A stretch of DNA of 64,000 nt from Candidatus Acetothermia bacterium (GTDB lineage Bacteria > Bipolaricaulota > Bipolaricaulia > RBG-16-55-9): assembly GCA_016201405.1 (NCBI GenBank), contig JACQCZ010000001.1, positions 8,432 to 72,431 on the forward strand, given 5' to 3'. The notes under the pieces are model-generated. The model searched no databases. It was not told the origin of the DNA and saw nothing but the letters and a program-made list of their open reading frames with translations. Positions 39,493-48,863 of the stretch are shown one piece after another (position 1 is the stretch's first letter; every line of letters begins with the position of its first letter). A program made the position numbers and the translations under genes.

Positions 39493-39958
39493 TGAAATTT
39501 TCAGGAGGACTAATCAGAGTGATAATCGCTTCGGCGACGACCTCATCCTCCACTTTCGAAAGAACTTCAAAACGAAAGAGACCCCCACGCGCCTTGAGCA
39601 GCTTGGCCTCAAAAACAAGCTGGTCTCCCGGTACGACTTGCTTGCGGAAGCGGGCGCTGTCAATCCCAACCAGTAATCCTTGTGCATATCGGCTGTTCGA
39701 GTATTGTTGCATGAGGATGCCTGCCGTCTGAGCCATGCCTTCGGTGATGAGCGTGCCTGGCATGATCGGGTTTCCAGGGAAATGCCCCTGGAAGACCTCT
39801 TCGTTGTGACTCACATTCTTGATCGCCACGACGCGCTCTGGTGATCGCTCCAGAATCCGATCCACCATGAGATAGGGATAGCGGAGCGGAAGAAGCTCCA
39901 GCGGAGAGGGCTGTTTTATTGGGCTCTGCTTACCAGTATCAGACATGCTCAGCGTCAC
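39485..39958 (-). CDS. fabZ: 3-hydroxyacyl-ACP dehydratase FabZ.
   Basis: HFPGNPIMPGTLITEGMAQTAGIL hot-dog dehydratase motif. 157 aa. Confidence 0.9.
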   Translation of the reverse strand: MTLSMSDTGKQSPIKQPSPLELLPLRYPYLMVDRILERSPERVVAIKNVSHNEEVFQGHFPGNPIMPGTLITEGMAQTAGILMQQYSNSRYAQGLLVGIDSARFRKQVVPGDQLVFEAKLLKARGGLFRFEVLSKVEDEVVAEAIITLISPPENFNE

Positions 39959-40596
39959 TTTGACGGCGGAGGAGTCTGGGGTTGCGACTCCTGCTTGAGC
40001 GTCTCCTTGAGTGCATCAATCACGAGTTGGGTGATGTCGTCTGCTTGTCCCTTCCGCGAATCCAAGACGACCGGGCTCAGTTTGCTGGCCGGGTTATCAA
40101 TAACAATGGCATATCCGTTTGCATCTCCGATCTTCTTGACTGCGCTCAAAATCTCTCCTTGAATAGGAGCAGAAAGCTCGAGGTTCTTCTGCTGAAGCCC
40201 CATTTCCAGGTCATTCGTTTTGGTATCATGATCGGTCTTTGAGATCTTGCCATTGGCAAAATCAGTGTCAAGAACAGCCTCTTGTGCCTCGACTTTTGCC
40301 TTTTCTGTCTCAAAGTCTGCCAGAGCTTGTTTTACGACTTCATTCTCCATGGTATAAAGTGTTTCTAAGACCTTGAACATGTCAACATAAGCAATCTTGT
40401 AGCTTCCTGGGGCTGTGTTCGAGCCTTTCATCGCTGTAAGCTGAGCGGTCAAATCATTCACTTTTGCTTCGAGTGTCTTGATTCGCTGATCGGATGGCGA
40501 TCCAATTCCAAGACCAACACCACCTAAAATAAAACCAATTCCGGCACCCACCACGACGAATCCCACAATCAGTGCTGCAAGTACTCCTTGTTTCAT
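39955..40596 (-). CDS. OmpH/Skp-family periplasmic chaperone-like protein (copy 2), with N-terminal TM/signal anchor.
   Basis: Coiled-coil-rich. YKIAYVDMFKVL and ...GDANGYAIVID segments as in the OmpH family. Adjacent to bamA. Confidence 0.6.
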   Translation of the reverse strand: MKQGVLAALIVGFVVVGAGIGFILGGVGLGIGSPSDQRIKTLEAKVNDLTAQLTAMKGSNTAPGSYKIAYVDMFKVLETLYTMENEVVKQALADFETEKAKVEAQEAVLDTDFANGKISKTDHDTKTNDLEMGLQQKNLELSAPIQGEILSAVKKIGDANGYAIVIDNPASKLSPVVLDSRKGQADDITQLVIDALKETLKQESQPQTPPPSK

Positions 40597-40660
40597 AAAG
40601 TCAATTCCTCTCCCTTCCTCAGAACAAGCTTATGCGACCCCTAGAGCACAAATCAAGCCT

Positions 40661-41197
40661 CTATTTACTGGCTTGGATTTGAGACCAGATTTTGTCCGTG
40701 ATATCTTCCATAATATTATGCTGAGCAAAGAGAACCACATCCTCCACTTTGACAACGAGGTCGTAGTTACCCGAGCTGCCCACCTGATTGACGGCATTCT
40801 GTATCGGGCGAAGCAGGATCTCCTGAAAGAGCTGCTGCAACTGGTTGTTCAGCGGTGTCGCCTGGTCCGCATAAGCCTGGTCTGAAAGTGTCCCCGCATC
40901 ATTCTGATGTTTTAATGCAATTAACTTGTCTGAGATTGGCTTCCCTTGCTGCTCAAACTGATCTTTGAATTTGGGGTCATCCTGCAAGCGGAGCGCGATG
41001 TCGTTGACACGAACAACGCCCACCTTGAGCTTTGACGTCGCTGCGCCACCATTTTTCTCAAGGGTTGCAAGACGATCCTGATAGGTCGCCACTTCATTTT
41101 TAAGCGTGAGGATCTGTCCGATGCTAAAGGCCACTCCAATGATGAGAAGAAATCCCACCACGCCAGCAATGACCCCAAAGACCTGTTTCATGTCCAT
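40661..41197 (-). CDS. OmpH/Skp-family periplasmic chaperone-like protein (copy 1).
   Basis: KVGVVRVNDIAL...NYDLVVKVEDVV matches the OmpH pattern KIGVVD...YDLVL. Immediately downstream of bamA. Confidence 0.65.
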   Translation of the reverse strand: MDMKQVFGVIAGVVGFLLIIGVAFSIGQILTLKNEVATYQDRLATLEKNGGAATSKLKVGVVRVNDIALRLQDDPKFKDQFEQQGKPISDKLIALKHQNDAGTLSDQAYADQATPLNNQLQQLFQEILLRPIQNAVNQVGSSGNYDLVVKVEDVVLFAQHNIMEDITDKIWSQIQASK

Positions 41198-41221
41198 GAA
41201 TAATCCCCCTCGGAATGTGGA

Positions 41222-43777
41222 TTAGAAGAGTGTGCCAAACCCAAACTCGACCTTCAATTCTTCGAGCTTGTTGGTGACGGGCCACGCAAAGGCTACGCGA
41301 ATGGGTCCGACATATGGAATCGTGACTCGGCCTTCGATGCCGACGGACTTCTTAAGCTTGAAGCTCTTATCCAAATTGCTGGTATCACTCCCAAAATCGG
41401 CAAAGAGTGCGATCGAGAAGTTGGGCTCAAGCATAATGCGATACTCGGCATTGAGATAGGCGATGGAGCTGCTATTCATCGGCTTGACTCCGCGAAGCGT
41501 CGTTGAGCCCCCCAGAGTGAACTGCTCCTGAGATGGCAGATCATCACCCCAGCCCCAGAAAAGGCGCAGAGCAATATTTTGATCTTCCATCGTAGGGAAG
41601 TGCTGAATCAGCGTCGTCTGAAGCCGGGTGAACTGCTCGCTGCCTGTAAGAAGACCCGCTCTCTCAATCTTGAGGGAGCGGCTTCCGCCCCGGGTAGCGA
41701 AGATGGGGTTGTTCCGGTTGTCATGATTGAACGTGAGCGAGAGCACGCTAGAGATGCCGCTCTCCTTGGCAGGCTCTTTGCTGTCGTCATACTCTTTGGT
41801 AAAAAGCTCATGCCTTAGACCCAAGACAAGCTGAATGTCATTGAAAGGATAGGCCAGTGACGCTTCGCCGCCGACCCGGTTGAGCACGTGGCTGCGCGGC
41901 TCTTTCTCATTGGTTGTCTTGTTGTAAAAATTGACACTGAAATAATCAGAGCCTTCAATCATCGTCCGGCTTTCATAATTCAAGCTCCAGGTGATGACGG
42001 ATTTACCCAGAATCCCTCGGTCTAGCTCAACCGAGACATCCTGCCCCGTTCCGTGTAGATTCTTGCTCTTGATGCTGAGCTGCCCTACCAGCCCCTCGGA
42101 TGAGACCGAGCCGCCAAAGCGAAAATCACCCAATTTGTCCTGTTCGATGACGTTTACAATCACTTTCTGCCCATCGGGGGTCTTGGCATCAAAATTGAAG
42201 TTCACATCTTTGAAGTAGCCCAGATCTAACAGTTTTCTGTACGTCTCAGCTAGCATGAACTGATTGAGATACTGACCTGGCTTGATCGCAAGCTGCTTGG
42301 CGATCACTTTGGGATCGGTAAAAGGGAGACCACTCGATGCGGTCGTTCCTAATAGATCGCCCAAGAACTTTGAAAAGTCCTGAAAGAAACGGACAGCTGG
42401 GTTGTTCTGGTCGCTGGAGCCCAAGACAGTGGGGTGATCTTCATCGCCAGTATTCTCAGGAGATGTCTTCTGATCCGGAGGGGACGACGTAGATGTATCA
42501 CTGCTCGTCGAAGTCGAAGGCTTGACTCCTTCGGGAAGCGGAATCGGCTTAAAGGGCTCTTTCTCTGTGATGCTTACCGTGGGGATACCGTTCTGCTGAA
42601 TCTCGATCTCGCCTATTCTTCCCTCATCCACCTTCAGAGTGAGCACGCCATTCTGAATGCTATCCTTGCTCACTTGGGTCATCACATAGCCTTCCTTGAG
42701 GTAGAAGCGGTGGACTCCTTCAATCGCTTTTAGCAGCGTGAAGTTGTCAACTACGCCGGGCTTCAATTCAACTTTGTGTTCAAGCTCGGCAGCATAGAAG
42801 GCTCTGTTCCCAGTAAACTTTACGCTGTTGATCTGGATCGCCTGATCCAGAATCTGATTGACCTTCAGATTGACGGTCAAAACGATCCGATCCGGAGTGC
42901 TCCCTTGCTGCGGAACGAGATCTGAATCCTTCAATGGGGCAAAATAGACAGACTGGGCCAATTTTTGCAGATTTCCTTGAAGCTCGCTGATCTTGATAGG
43001 CTTTAGGAGTGGCATCTCTTTGAGCAGCTTCTCAGCCTCTTCTTTATAGGGGCTCTCTACCCCTTCGACATCCACACGCTCAACGACCCGCTCTAAGAAT
43101 TCAATGTGCACAACTTTGCCCGCCGAGGCGCTGGCAATATCAAAAAGGACGTACTCTTTGCTGTGATACTCATTGCAGATGCTCGGACTTGGCGGCATTT
43201 TAGAGCAATGCCCCGTCATATCAATACCCAAGGCCTTTTGAAACTGAACGCTGTTGAAGACCTCACCCTTTTTGATGCCATAGTTTGTCAAAATCTCACT
43301 GACACGCTCAGGCGGAACAGTGTATTTTACAAAGGGCCAGGGAAGGCTGAGCCCCAAAACCTGAATGCGCTTCTCTCCGTTCCAGTTACGATTGCCAACC
43401 ACATCAATTTTCTCGATCAATGGGTTCTCAAAGACTTGGATCGTCACAACGACGCCAGTGCCTTTCTCGTTGGCATGAGAATCAGCTGCAGCATCCTGGA
43501 AGAGGCCGATATTCTTGATCTTAAGCTCCGCGCGCTTTAGATCATCCGGGATGGTGATCTCATCGCCCTTTTTGAAGGGCAGCACATCCAGAATCTTTAC
43601 AAGTGAAACGTGATCATTGCCTTTGACCTGAATCGAATCGACTACAACTTTTTTTGTATCCGACTGAAAGGACTGCGCCTGGACAACTTCGGTGGCACCT
43701 TGGCCAAAAATCAAGAGAGCGAGCGCTATCATTCCAACCCGAAGCATCCAGCGGTTCATCTCCACTCGATGAGTCAT
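41222..43777 (-). CDS. bamA: Outer membrane protein assembly factor BamA (Omp85). Carries a low-complexity Ser/Thr/Pro/Asp insertion.
   Basis: Signal peptide. POTRA repeats. C-terminal beta-barrel ending ...RVAFAWPVTNKLEELKVEFGFGTLF. 851 aa. Confidence 0.85.
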   Translation of the reverse strand: MTHRVEMNRWMLRVGMIALALLIFGQGATEVVQAQSFQSDTKKVVVDSIQVKGNDHVSLVKILDVLPFKKGDEITIPDDLKRAELKIKNIGLFQDAAADSHANEKGTGVVVTIQVFENPLIEKIDVVGNRNWNGEKRIQVLGLSLPWPFVKYTVPPERVSEILTNYGIKKGEVFNSVQFQKALGIDMTGHCSKMPPSPSICNEYHSKEYVLFDIASASAGKVVHIEFLERVVERVDVEGVESPYKEEAEKLLKEMPLLKPIKISELQGNLQKLAQSVYFAPLKDSDLVPQQGSTPDRIVLTVNLKVNQILDQAIQINSVKFTGNRAFYAAELEHKVELKPGVVDNFTLLKAIEGVHRFYLKEGYVMTQVSKDSIQNGVLTLKVDEGRIGEIEIQQNGIPTVSITEKEPFKPIPLPEGVKPSTSTSSDTSTSSPPDQKTSPENTGDEDHPTVLGSSDQNNPAVRFFQDFSKFLGDLLGTTASSGLPFTDPKVIAKQLAIKPGQYLNQFMLAETYRKLLDLGYFKDVNFNFDAKTPDGQKVIVNVIEQDKLGDFRFGGSVSSEGLVGQLSIKSKNLHGTGQDVSVELDRGILGKSVITWSLNYESRTMIEGSDYFSVNFYNKTTNEKEPRSHVLNRVGGEASLAYPFNDIQLVLGLRHELFTKEYDDSKEPAKESGISSVLSLTFNHDNRNNPIFATRGGSRSLKIERAGLLTGSEQFTRLQTTLIQHFPTMEDQNIALRLFWGWGDDLPSQEQFTLGGSTTLRGVKPMNSSSIAYLNAEYRIMLEPNFSIALFADFGSDTSNLDKSFKLKKSVGIEGRVTIPYVGPIRVAFAWPVTNKLEELKVEFGFGTLF

Positions 43778-43780
43778 TTT

Positions 43781-45325
43781 TTACTCTCCTCCTTCAAGAA
43801 TCTCTAGGGAACTGCGATATTGTATGGCCTCTGCCACGTGGGCAGGCCCAATCTGACTGACGCCATCCAGATCAGCAATTGTGCGCGCGACTTTGAGAAC
43901 GCGGCCATAGGCACGGGCGCTCAGACTGTACAAATCAATGGCGCGCTCCAGGAGTTTTTTGGCTTCATCCTCCAAGAGACAATATTTGCGAATCTCTCGG
44001 ATCCCCATCTGCGCATTGGCGTGAAGCCTGGAATCTGAAAATCTCTCCTGCTGAACTCGTCTCGCCTCCACAACTCTCTTTCGTATCTCCTCTGAAGTGA
44101 CTCCAGCCGGCTTGCCCATCAACTCATCCTTGCTGAGGCGCGGCACTTCCACAAAGAGATCAATTCTGTCTAAAAATGGGCCCGAAATTCTTTTGCGATA
44201 TCGCCTAATCTCCACCGGGCTGCAGCGGCAGCGCTTGGCGGGATCGCCAACATGGCCGCAAGGACAGGGATTCATCGCCGCAACCAGTGTAAAATTGGCC
44301 GGAAATGTGACGGCTGAAGCCGCACGAGAGATGGTGATCTCGCGCTCTTCCAGTGGCTGGCGCAGAGTCTCTAAAACGGGTCTCTCAAACTCAGGCAGCT
44401 CATCTAAAAATAAGACGCCGCAATGGGCCAGGCTTATCTCACCAGGTCGTGGGAAGCCATGTCCCCCACCCACCATGCCCGCATACGAGATAGTGTGATG
44501 CGGAGAGCGGAAGGCTCGTTGAGTGATCAGCGACTGGTCCCCTGAGAGCAGCCCCATAATGCTATAAATCTTCGTCACCTCAAGTGATTCTTCAAAATTG
44601 AGTTCGGGAAGGATGCTCGGGAGTCGAGTGGCTAACATGCTCTTCCCTGATCCTGGCGGGCCCACCATCAGAACATTATGGCCACCCGCGGCTGCAATCT
44701 CCAATGCCCGCTTGGCCTGCTCCTGCCCCCGAATCTCGCTCATATCTACATCATATCGCTTCTGTTGCCCACTCAATGCAGGATGTTCAAATGGGTGTGG
44801 GGCTATTGTACGCTCTCCTTGGAGGAATTGAACAGTCTCGGCCAATGTTTTTACGCCATAGACTTCTATCCCTTCCACCACAGCTGCCTCTTTGGCGTTG
44901 GCTTCTGGGACAATCATCCTTTTGATCCCAAGCTCCCGACAGGCGAGTGCGACAGGCAGGGTTCCTTTGATCGAGCGGAGCTCACCATTTAAAGATAGCT
45001 CACCCATGGCCACAAGATTTTCTGCCCGTTTATCTTCAAGCTGTTCCGTCGCCCTCAAGATTCCTAAAGCAAGCGGGAGATCGAGTCCGACACCTTCCTT
45101 CTTAAGATCCGCCGGGGCAAGATTTACCGTGATTCGCTTGGCTGGAAAGTCGTAGCCAGAATTTTTTATCGCGCTGCGAATGCGCTCGCGGCTCTCTTGG
45201 ACCTCTTTCTCGGGAAGACCTACGATGTTGAACGCAGGCAAACCCATAGTGAGGTCGCACTGGACCTCGATGAGCATGGCATCAATCCCCATGACTGCGC
45301 CGCTCAGCACTTTAGAGAACATCAT
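43781..45325 (-). CDS. comM: YifB/ComM-family Mg-chelatase-like AAA+ ATPase.
   Basis: N-terminal Lon-protease-like domain MMFSKVLSGAVMGIDAMLIEV. Walker A MVGPPGSGKSMLA. 514 aa. Confidence 0.85.
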   Translation of the reverse strand: MMFSKVLSGAVMGIDAMLIEVQCDLTMGLPAFNIVGLPEKEVQESRERIRSAIKNSGYDFPAKRITVNLAPADLKKEGVGLDLPLALGILRATEQLEDKRAENLVAMGELSLNGELRSIKGTLPVALACRELGIKRMIVPEANAKEAAVVEGIEVYGVKTLAETVQFLQGERTIAPHPFEHPALSGQQKRYDVDMSEIRGQEQAKRALEIAAAGGHNVLMVGPPGSGKSMLATRLPSILPELNFEESLEVTKIYSIMGLLSGDQSLITQRAFRSPHHTISYAGMVGGGHGFPRPGEISLAHCGVLFLDELPEFERPVLETLRQPLEEREITISRAASAVTFPANFTLVAAMNPCPCGHVGDPAKRCRCSPVEIRRYRKRISGPFLDRIDLFVEVPRLSKDELMGKPAGVTSEEIRKRVVEARRVQQERFSDSRLHANAQMGIREIRKYCLLEDEAKKLLERAIDLYSLSARAYGRVLKVARTIADLDGVSQIGPAHVAEAIQYRSSLEILEGGE

Positions 45326-45331
45326 CCAAGC

Positions 45332-45682
45332 TCATTCAATGGAAAATGCATTCTGGAAGAGGCGGGCTGATCCACCTGAGAGGGCCACCACATCAAAACG
45401 GAGATCGAGCTCTGTTGGGTGCTCCTGCAGATATCGCATTGCGGTCTGAATAATCTTTCCGCGTTTTTGTGCCGTCACATGCTCCTCCGGCAGACCAAAC
45501 GACTCTGAGCTTCGGAACTTGACTTCGACAAAGACGAGGCAGTTGCCATCGCGTGCGATAATGTCAATCTCACCGCCGCGCCAGCGATAGTTCCGCTGAA
45601 CAATTTGATAGTCATGATTTTTTAAAAAGAGGATCGCTTGGTCTTCCCCCCGAATCCCCCGTTCATGAGCCTTTTCTTCCAT
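45332..45682 (-). CDS. yraN: YraN-family (UPF0102) endonuclease-like protein.
   Basis: GEIDIIARDGNCLVFVEVKFR core. 116 aa. Usual pairing with the comM/yifB neighbourhood. Confidence 0.8.
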   Translation of the reverse strand: MEEKAHERGIRGEDQAILFLKNHDYQIVQRNYRWRGGEIDIIARDGNCLVFVEVKFRSSESFGLPEEHVTAQKRGKIIQTAMRYLQEHPTELDLRFDVVALSGGSARLFQNAFSIE

Positions 45683-45774
45683 CTCGGTTGGTCGGGTCTA
45701 TTTTAGCGGGAGAATCTGCAGGCTGTCAAGGAATTTTCAATGATGAAGCTACGAGTTTTTATCTTGGTTGCTAG

Positions 45775-47493
45775 TTATTTGTCAGTCGTCTGTTCGACTG
45801 GCAGAAGGTGCTCATGCCCGATGATTCCTAGAGCGACCTCTTTGAAGACAGGTGCGGCAACAATGCCGCCATAATAGTCTTGTCCTTGGCTGATATCCAC
45901 CTCATCCAAAACAACAATCACAACATATTTCGGGTTTTCAACTGGGAAAAACCCAGCAAAGAGCGAGGTGTACCTGTCAGTCGCATATCCGCGTCCACCT
46001 AGCTTTGCTTTCTGACCTGTTCCTGTTTTGGCCGCGACATCAAAACCATCGATCTTGGCGTTTGTGCCCGTCCCATCTTCAACAACCAGCGCCATCATAG
46101 ATTTGAGCTCATCCAGACTCGGCTTCGATGCGACTGGTGCGGTCTTTGAGGGCGACAACCCCTGATCAGAAGTTGTCTTAGAGTTGAAGTCATTGACTTG
46201 GCGAATGATATGCGGTGTCCTCAACCAGCCTCCATTGGCCAGTACGCCATAGGCCGCTGCCAGCTGGATTCCCGTGACCGAGACGGCTTGTCCTATGGAG
46301 ATCGCAGCCTGATCTGTGCCCTGCCAGGCATCCGGTGGGTGGAGCGTACCAGCGACCTCGCCGGGAAGCTCAACGCCAGTCCGTTTTCCAAATCCAAATC
46401 TGTGCAAAAACTGGTAGAGATAATCGGGCTGGAGGCTTTGGGTCATGCGAATAATAGCCGTGTTGACTGAATTCTTGAAGAGATTGGCGACAGTATCATA
46501 GCCGTAACTCTTGTATTCGGCATTGTGAAATTTATGCCCAAAGAGTGTCATGGGCTGATCCCCGTTGAAAATATCATCCGGTTTTATATTTCCGGCATCT
46601 AACGCTGCAAGCACAGTGAATGGCTTAAATGTGGAGCCGGGCTCAAAGGTGAGAGCAACCAGCCAGTCATTTCTCTGAGATGCTGATGAAGTCTCAAAAT
46701 GGTTGAGGTCATAGGTCTTGTGAGAAGCGAGTGCGATGATATCTCCGGATTGAGGATCGAGGACGATGACAAATCCGCCTTTGGCATTGCGCTGCCGTAC
46801 GGCGTTTTTGATAGCATCCTCGGCAATATGCTGAATGGTAGAGTCCAGCGTGAGATAGATGTCACTTCCGGGGAGACCGGGATCGACAATGCGTGTTGAG
46901 AGTTGGGTTCCACCCCCGCCACGCACAATCTCATCGTGCTCCTCATGACCACGCAGAGCCTCATCAAATTGGAGCTCAATTCCTTCGAGTCCGTGATCAT
47001 CCATGCCAGAGAAGCCGATCACATTGGAGGCCAGTGAGCCTTGCGGATAGACCCTCTTCCATTCTGGAATGAAGATGAGACCCCAGGTGCCCATCTCTTG
47101 AGCATCTTTTTGCAGAGCATCGGCAACGTCAGGATCCACTTTGCGCTCAATCCAGGTAAAGAATCCTTCGCGATAGATCAGCTTGCGCGCGTCGCTTTGA
47201 GATAGACCCAAGTGCTTCTCCAAAAGCCCTTCCAGAAGCTCAGGCTTGGTCATGTGGTAGTTATCCAGGGCGATGGAAGTGGCCTGCACATCGAAGGCCA
47301 ACAACTGGCCATTGCGGTCATAGATGCGACCACGGGGCTGGCTCTGAATAACCTCACGAATTTGGACCTGGCTGGCCTTTTGCAGCCACTCGCGATGATC
47401 AAGCACCTGAGTCTCAAATAGCTTGGCGGCCACACTGAAGAAGAAGACCAACAGCAGTCCAAAGATGACTAGAATCTTTTTGCGGGGGTTCAT
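45775..47493 (-). CDS. ftsI: Penicillin-binding protein (FtsI-type transpeptidase).
   Basis: N-terminal TM. SxxK motif GSTFKPF. KTG motif AAKTGTGQK. 572 aa. Follows ftsL with an ATGA overlap. Confidence 0.88.
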   Translation of the reverse strand: MNPRKKILVIFGLLLVFFFSVAAKLFETQVLDHREWLQKASQVQIREVIQSQPRGRIYDRNGQLLAFDVQATSIALDNYHMTKPELLEGLLEKHLGLSQSDARKLIYREGFFTWIERKVDPDVADALQKDAQEMGTWGLIFIPEWKRVYPQGSLASNVIGFSGMDDHGLEGIELQFDEALRGHEEHDEIVRGGGGTQLSTRIVDPGLPGSDIYLTLDSTIQHIAEDAIKNAVRQRNAKGGFVIVLDPQSGDIIALASHKTYDLNHFETSSASQRNDWLVALTFEPGSTFKPFTVLAALDAGNIKPDDIFNGDQPMTLFGHKFHNAEYKSYGYDTVANLFKNSVNTAIIRMTQSLQPDYLYQFLHRFGFGKRTGVELPGEVAGTLHPPDAWQGTDQAAISIGQAVSVTGIQLAAAYGVLANGGWLRTPHIIRQVNDFNSKTTSDQGLSPSKTAPVASKPSLDELKSMMALVVEDGTGTNAKIDGFDVAAKTGTGQKAKLGGRGYATDRYTSLFAGFFPVENPKYVVIVVLDEVDISQGQDYYGGIVAAPVFKEVALGIIGHEHLLPVEQTTDK

Positions 47494-47843
47494 TTGCTTA
47501 GGTCAATATAATTCAAGGTCTTATCATTGGGTGATGGACGGATCATTCCGAGCTTCCTGGCCGCCTCTTCAATCTTGGCGAGAGAGAAGGCCTGAGCGAC
47601 ATCAAATCGCAAGTTCTCACGCTGATTTTCAAGCGCGCTCAACTCTTGATCAGACTTGTGGAGCTGATTGAGCCAATAGACAGATTGCCAAGATTCCCAG
47701 ACATAAAAGAGCGCCAAGAATGCGCCACCAAAGAGCCCAATAAGAATCAGTAGACGCTGCCGGTTGAGAAAAGGCGCTCGTGCAGGCGAATGCATGCCCT
47801 GTCGGGTTGTGATTCTGCGTCGTGATACCGTTTGAGTTGCCAT
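47490..47843 (-). CDS. ftsL: Cell division protein FtsL (septum formation initiator family).
   Basis: Single TM LLILIGLFGGAFLALFYVW followed by a coiled coil. IEEAARKLGMIRP is FtsL-like. Position between rsmH and ftsI. Confidence 0.7.
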   Translation of the reverse strand: MATQTVSRRRITTRQGMHSPARAPFLNRQRLLILIGLFGGAFLALFYVWESWQSVYWLNQLHKSDQELSALENQRENLRFDVAQAFSLAKIEEAARKLGMIRPSPNDKTLNYIDLSK

Positions 47844-47915
47844 CTTGGGAGTCTAAAAGTACGAGAGCAGAAGATGAAGCCCAAGGACAGGCGTCTCTTT
47901 CAAACGGGCAGGAGA

Positions 47916-48863
47916 TCAGAGTTTTTTGAGTGCACGAGCGCGGGCACTTCGCGCTCGTGGATTTTTTTTCAATTCTTCTGGTGATGGCGTAGCCTCGCCG
48001 AGCAGCTCTGCCTCGGGCTGGTGGTGGCAAACACAGAGAGGTAAATCTGGAGGACAAGTGCAGCCCTTTGACTTCTCCTTCATAAACTGTTTCACGATGC
48101 GATCCTCCAGAGAATGAAATGTGATAACGACCAGACGCCCATCGGGTCTCAAATGCTCAAATGCGACTTCAAGCCCGACTCTTATATTTCCAAGCTCATC
48201 ATTGACCGCGATGCGTAGCGCCTGAAAGGTTCGAGTTGCTGGATGTGCGCTTCCAGATTGATACAACTTGCGCTGGGCGGGCTGTGGAATTGCGCGCTCA
48301 ATAACTCTCACAAGCTCGTGTGTCGTCTCGATGGGCTTCTGTTTGCGTTGTCTCGCAATCTCACTGGCAATACGTGCTGCAAATCGCTCCTCGCCATACT
48401 CCCTCAAGATTTGAATCAAATCATCTGTTGTATATTGATTGACAATCTCTCGCGCGGTGAGAGGGGCATCAGGTGAATAGCGCATGTCGAGCGGCGCATC
48501 AGACTGGAAGCTAAAGCCGCGCTCCCGGCTGTCGATTTGCAGCGATGAGAAGCCGAGATCGAGCAAAATTCCGTTTACCTCTTGGATCTGTACTTGATCT
48601 AAGATTTGGTCGAGATCTTTGTAATTGGCATGAAAGAGATCGACTGGCGCATGGGTATCTTTGAGCCGCCCTCTAGCTCTCTCAACAGCTTGGGGATCAA
48701 GATCAAGCCCAATCAGTCGCCCCTTTTGAGGATCAAGACGTTTTGCAATTTCCATGGCATGGCCACCGCCACCCACAGTCCCATCCACATAGAAGCCATC
48801 AGGGCGTGGTGCCAGAAACTCTAAGACCTCATCTAATAAAACTGACTGGTGTTGAGGAGTCAT
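47916..48863 (-). CDS. rsmH: 16S rRNA (cytosine1402-N4)-methyltransferase RsmH (MraW). Start at internal Met MTPQHQ, overlapping the csaB stop (ATGA). The longest ORF reaches 48953.
   Basis: PVLLDEVLEFL and SAM-binding DGFYVDGTVGGGGHA. Confidence 0.88.
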   Translation of the reverse strand: MTPQHQSVLLDEVLEFLAPRPDGFYVDGTVGGGGHAMEIAKRLDPQKGRLIGLDLDPQAVERARGRLKDTHAPVDLFHANYKDLDQILDQVQIQEVNGILLDLGFSSLQIDSRERGFSFQSDAPLDMRYSPDAPLTAREIVNQYTTDDLIQILREYGEERFAARIASEIARQRKQKPIETTHELVRVIERAIPQPAQRKLYQSGSAHPATRTFQALRIAVNDELGNIRVGLEVAFEHLRPDGRLVVITFHSLEDRIVKQFMKEKSKGCTCPPDLPLCVCHHQPEAELLGEATPSPEELKKNPRARSARARALKKL

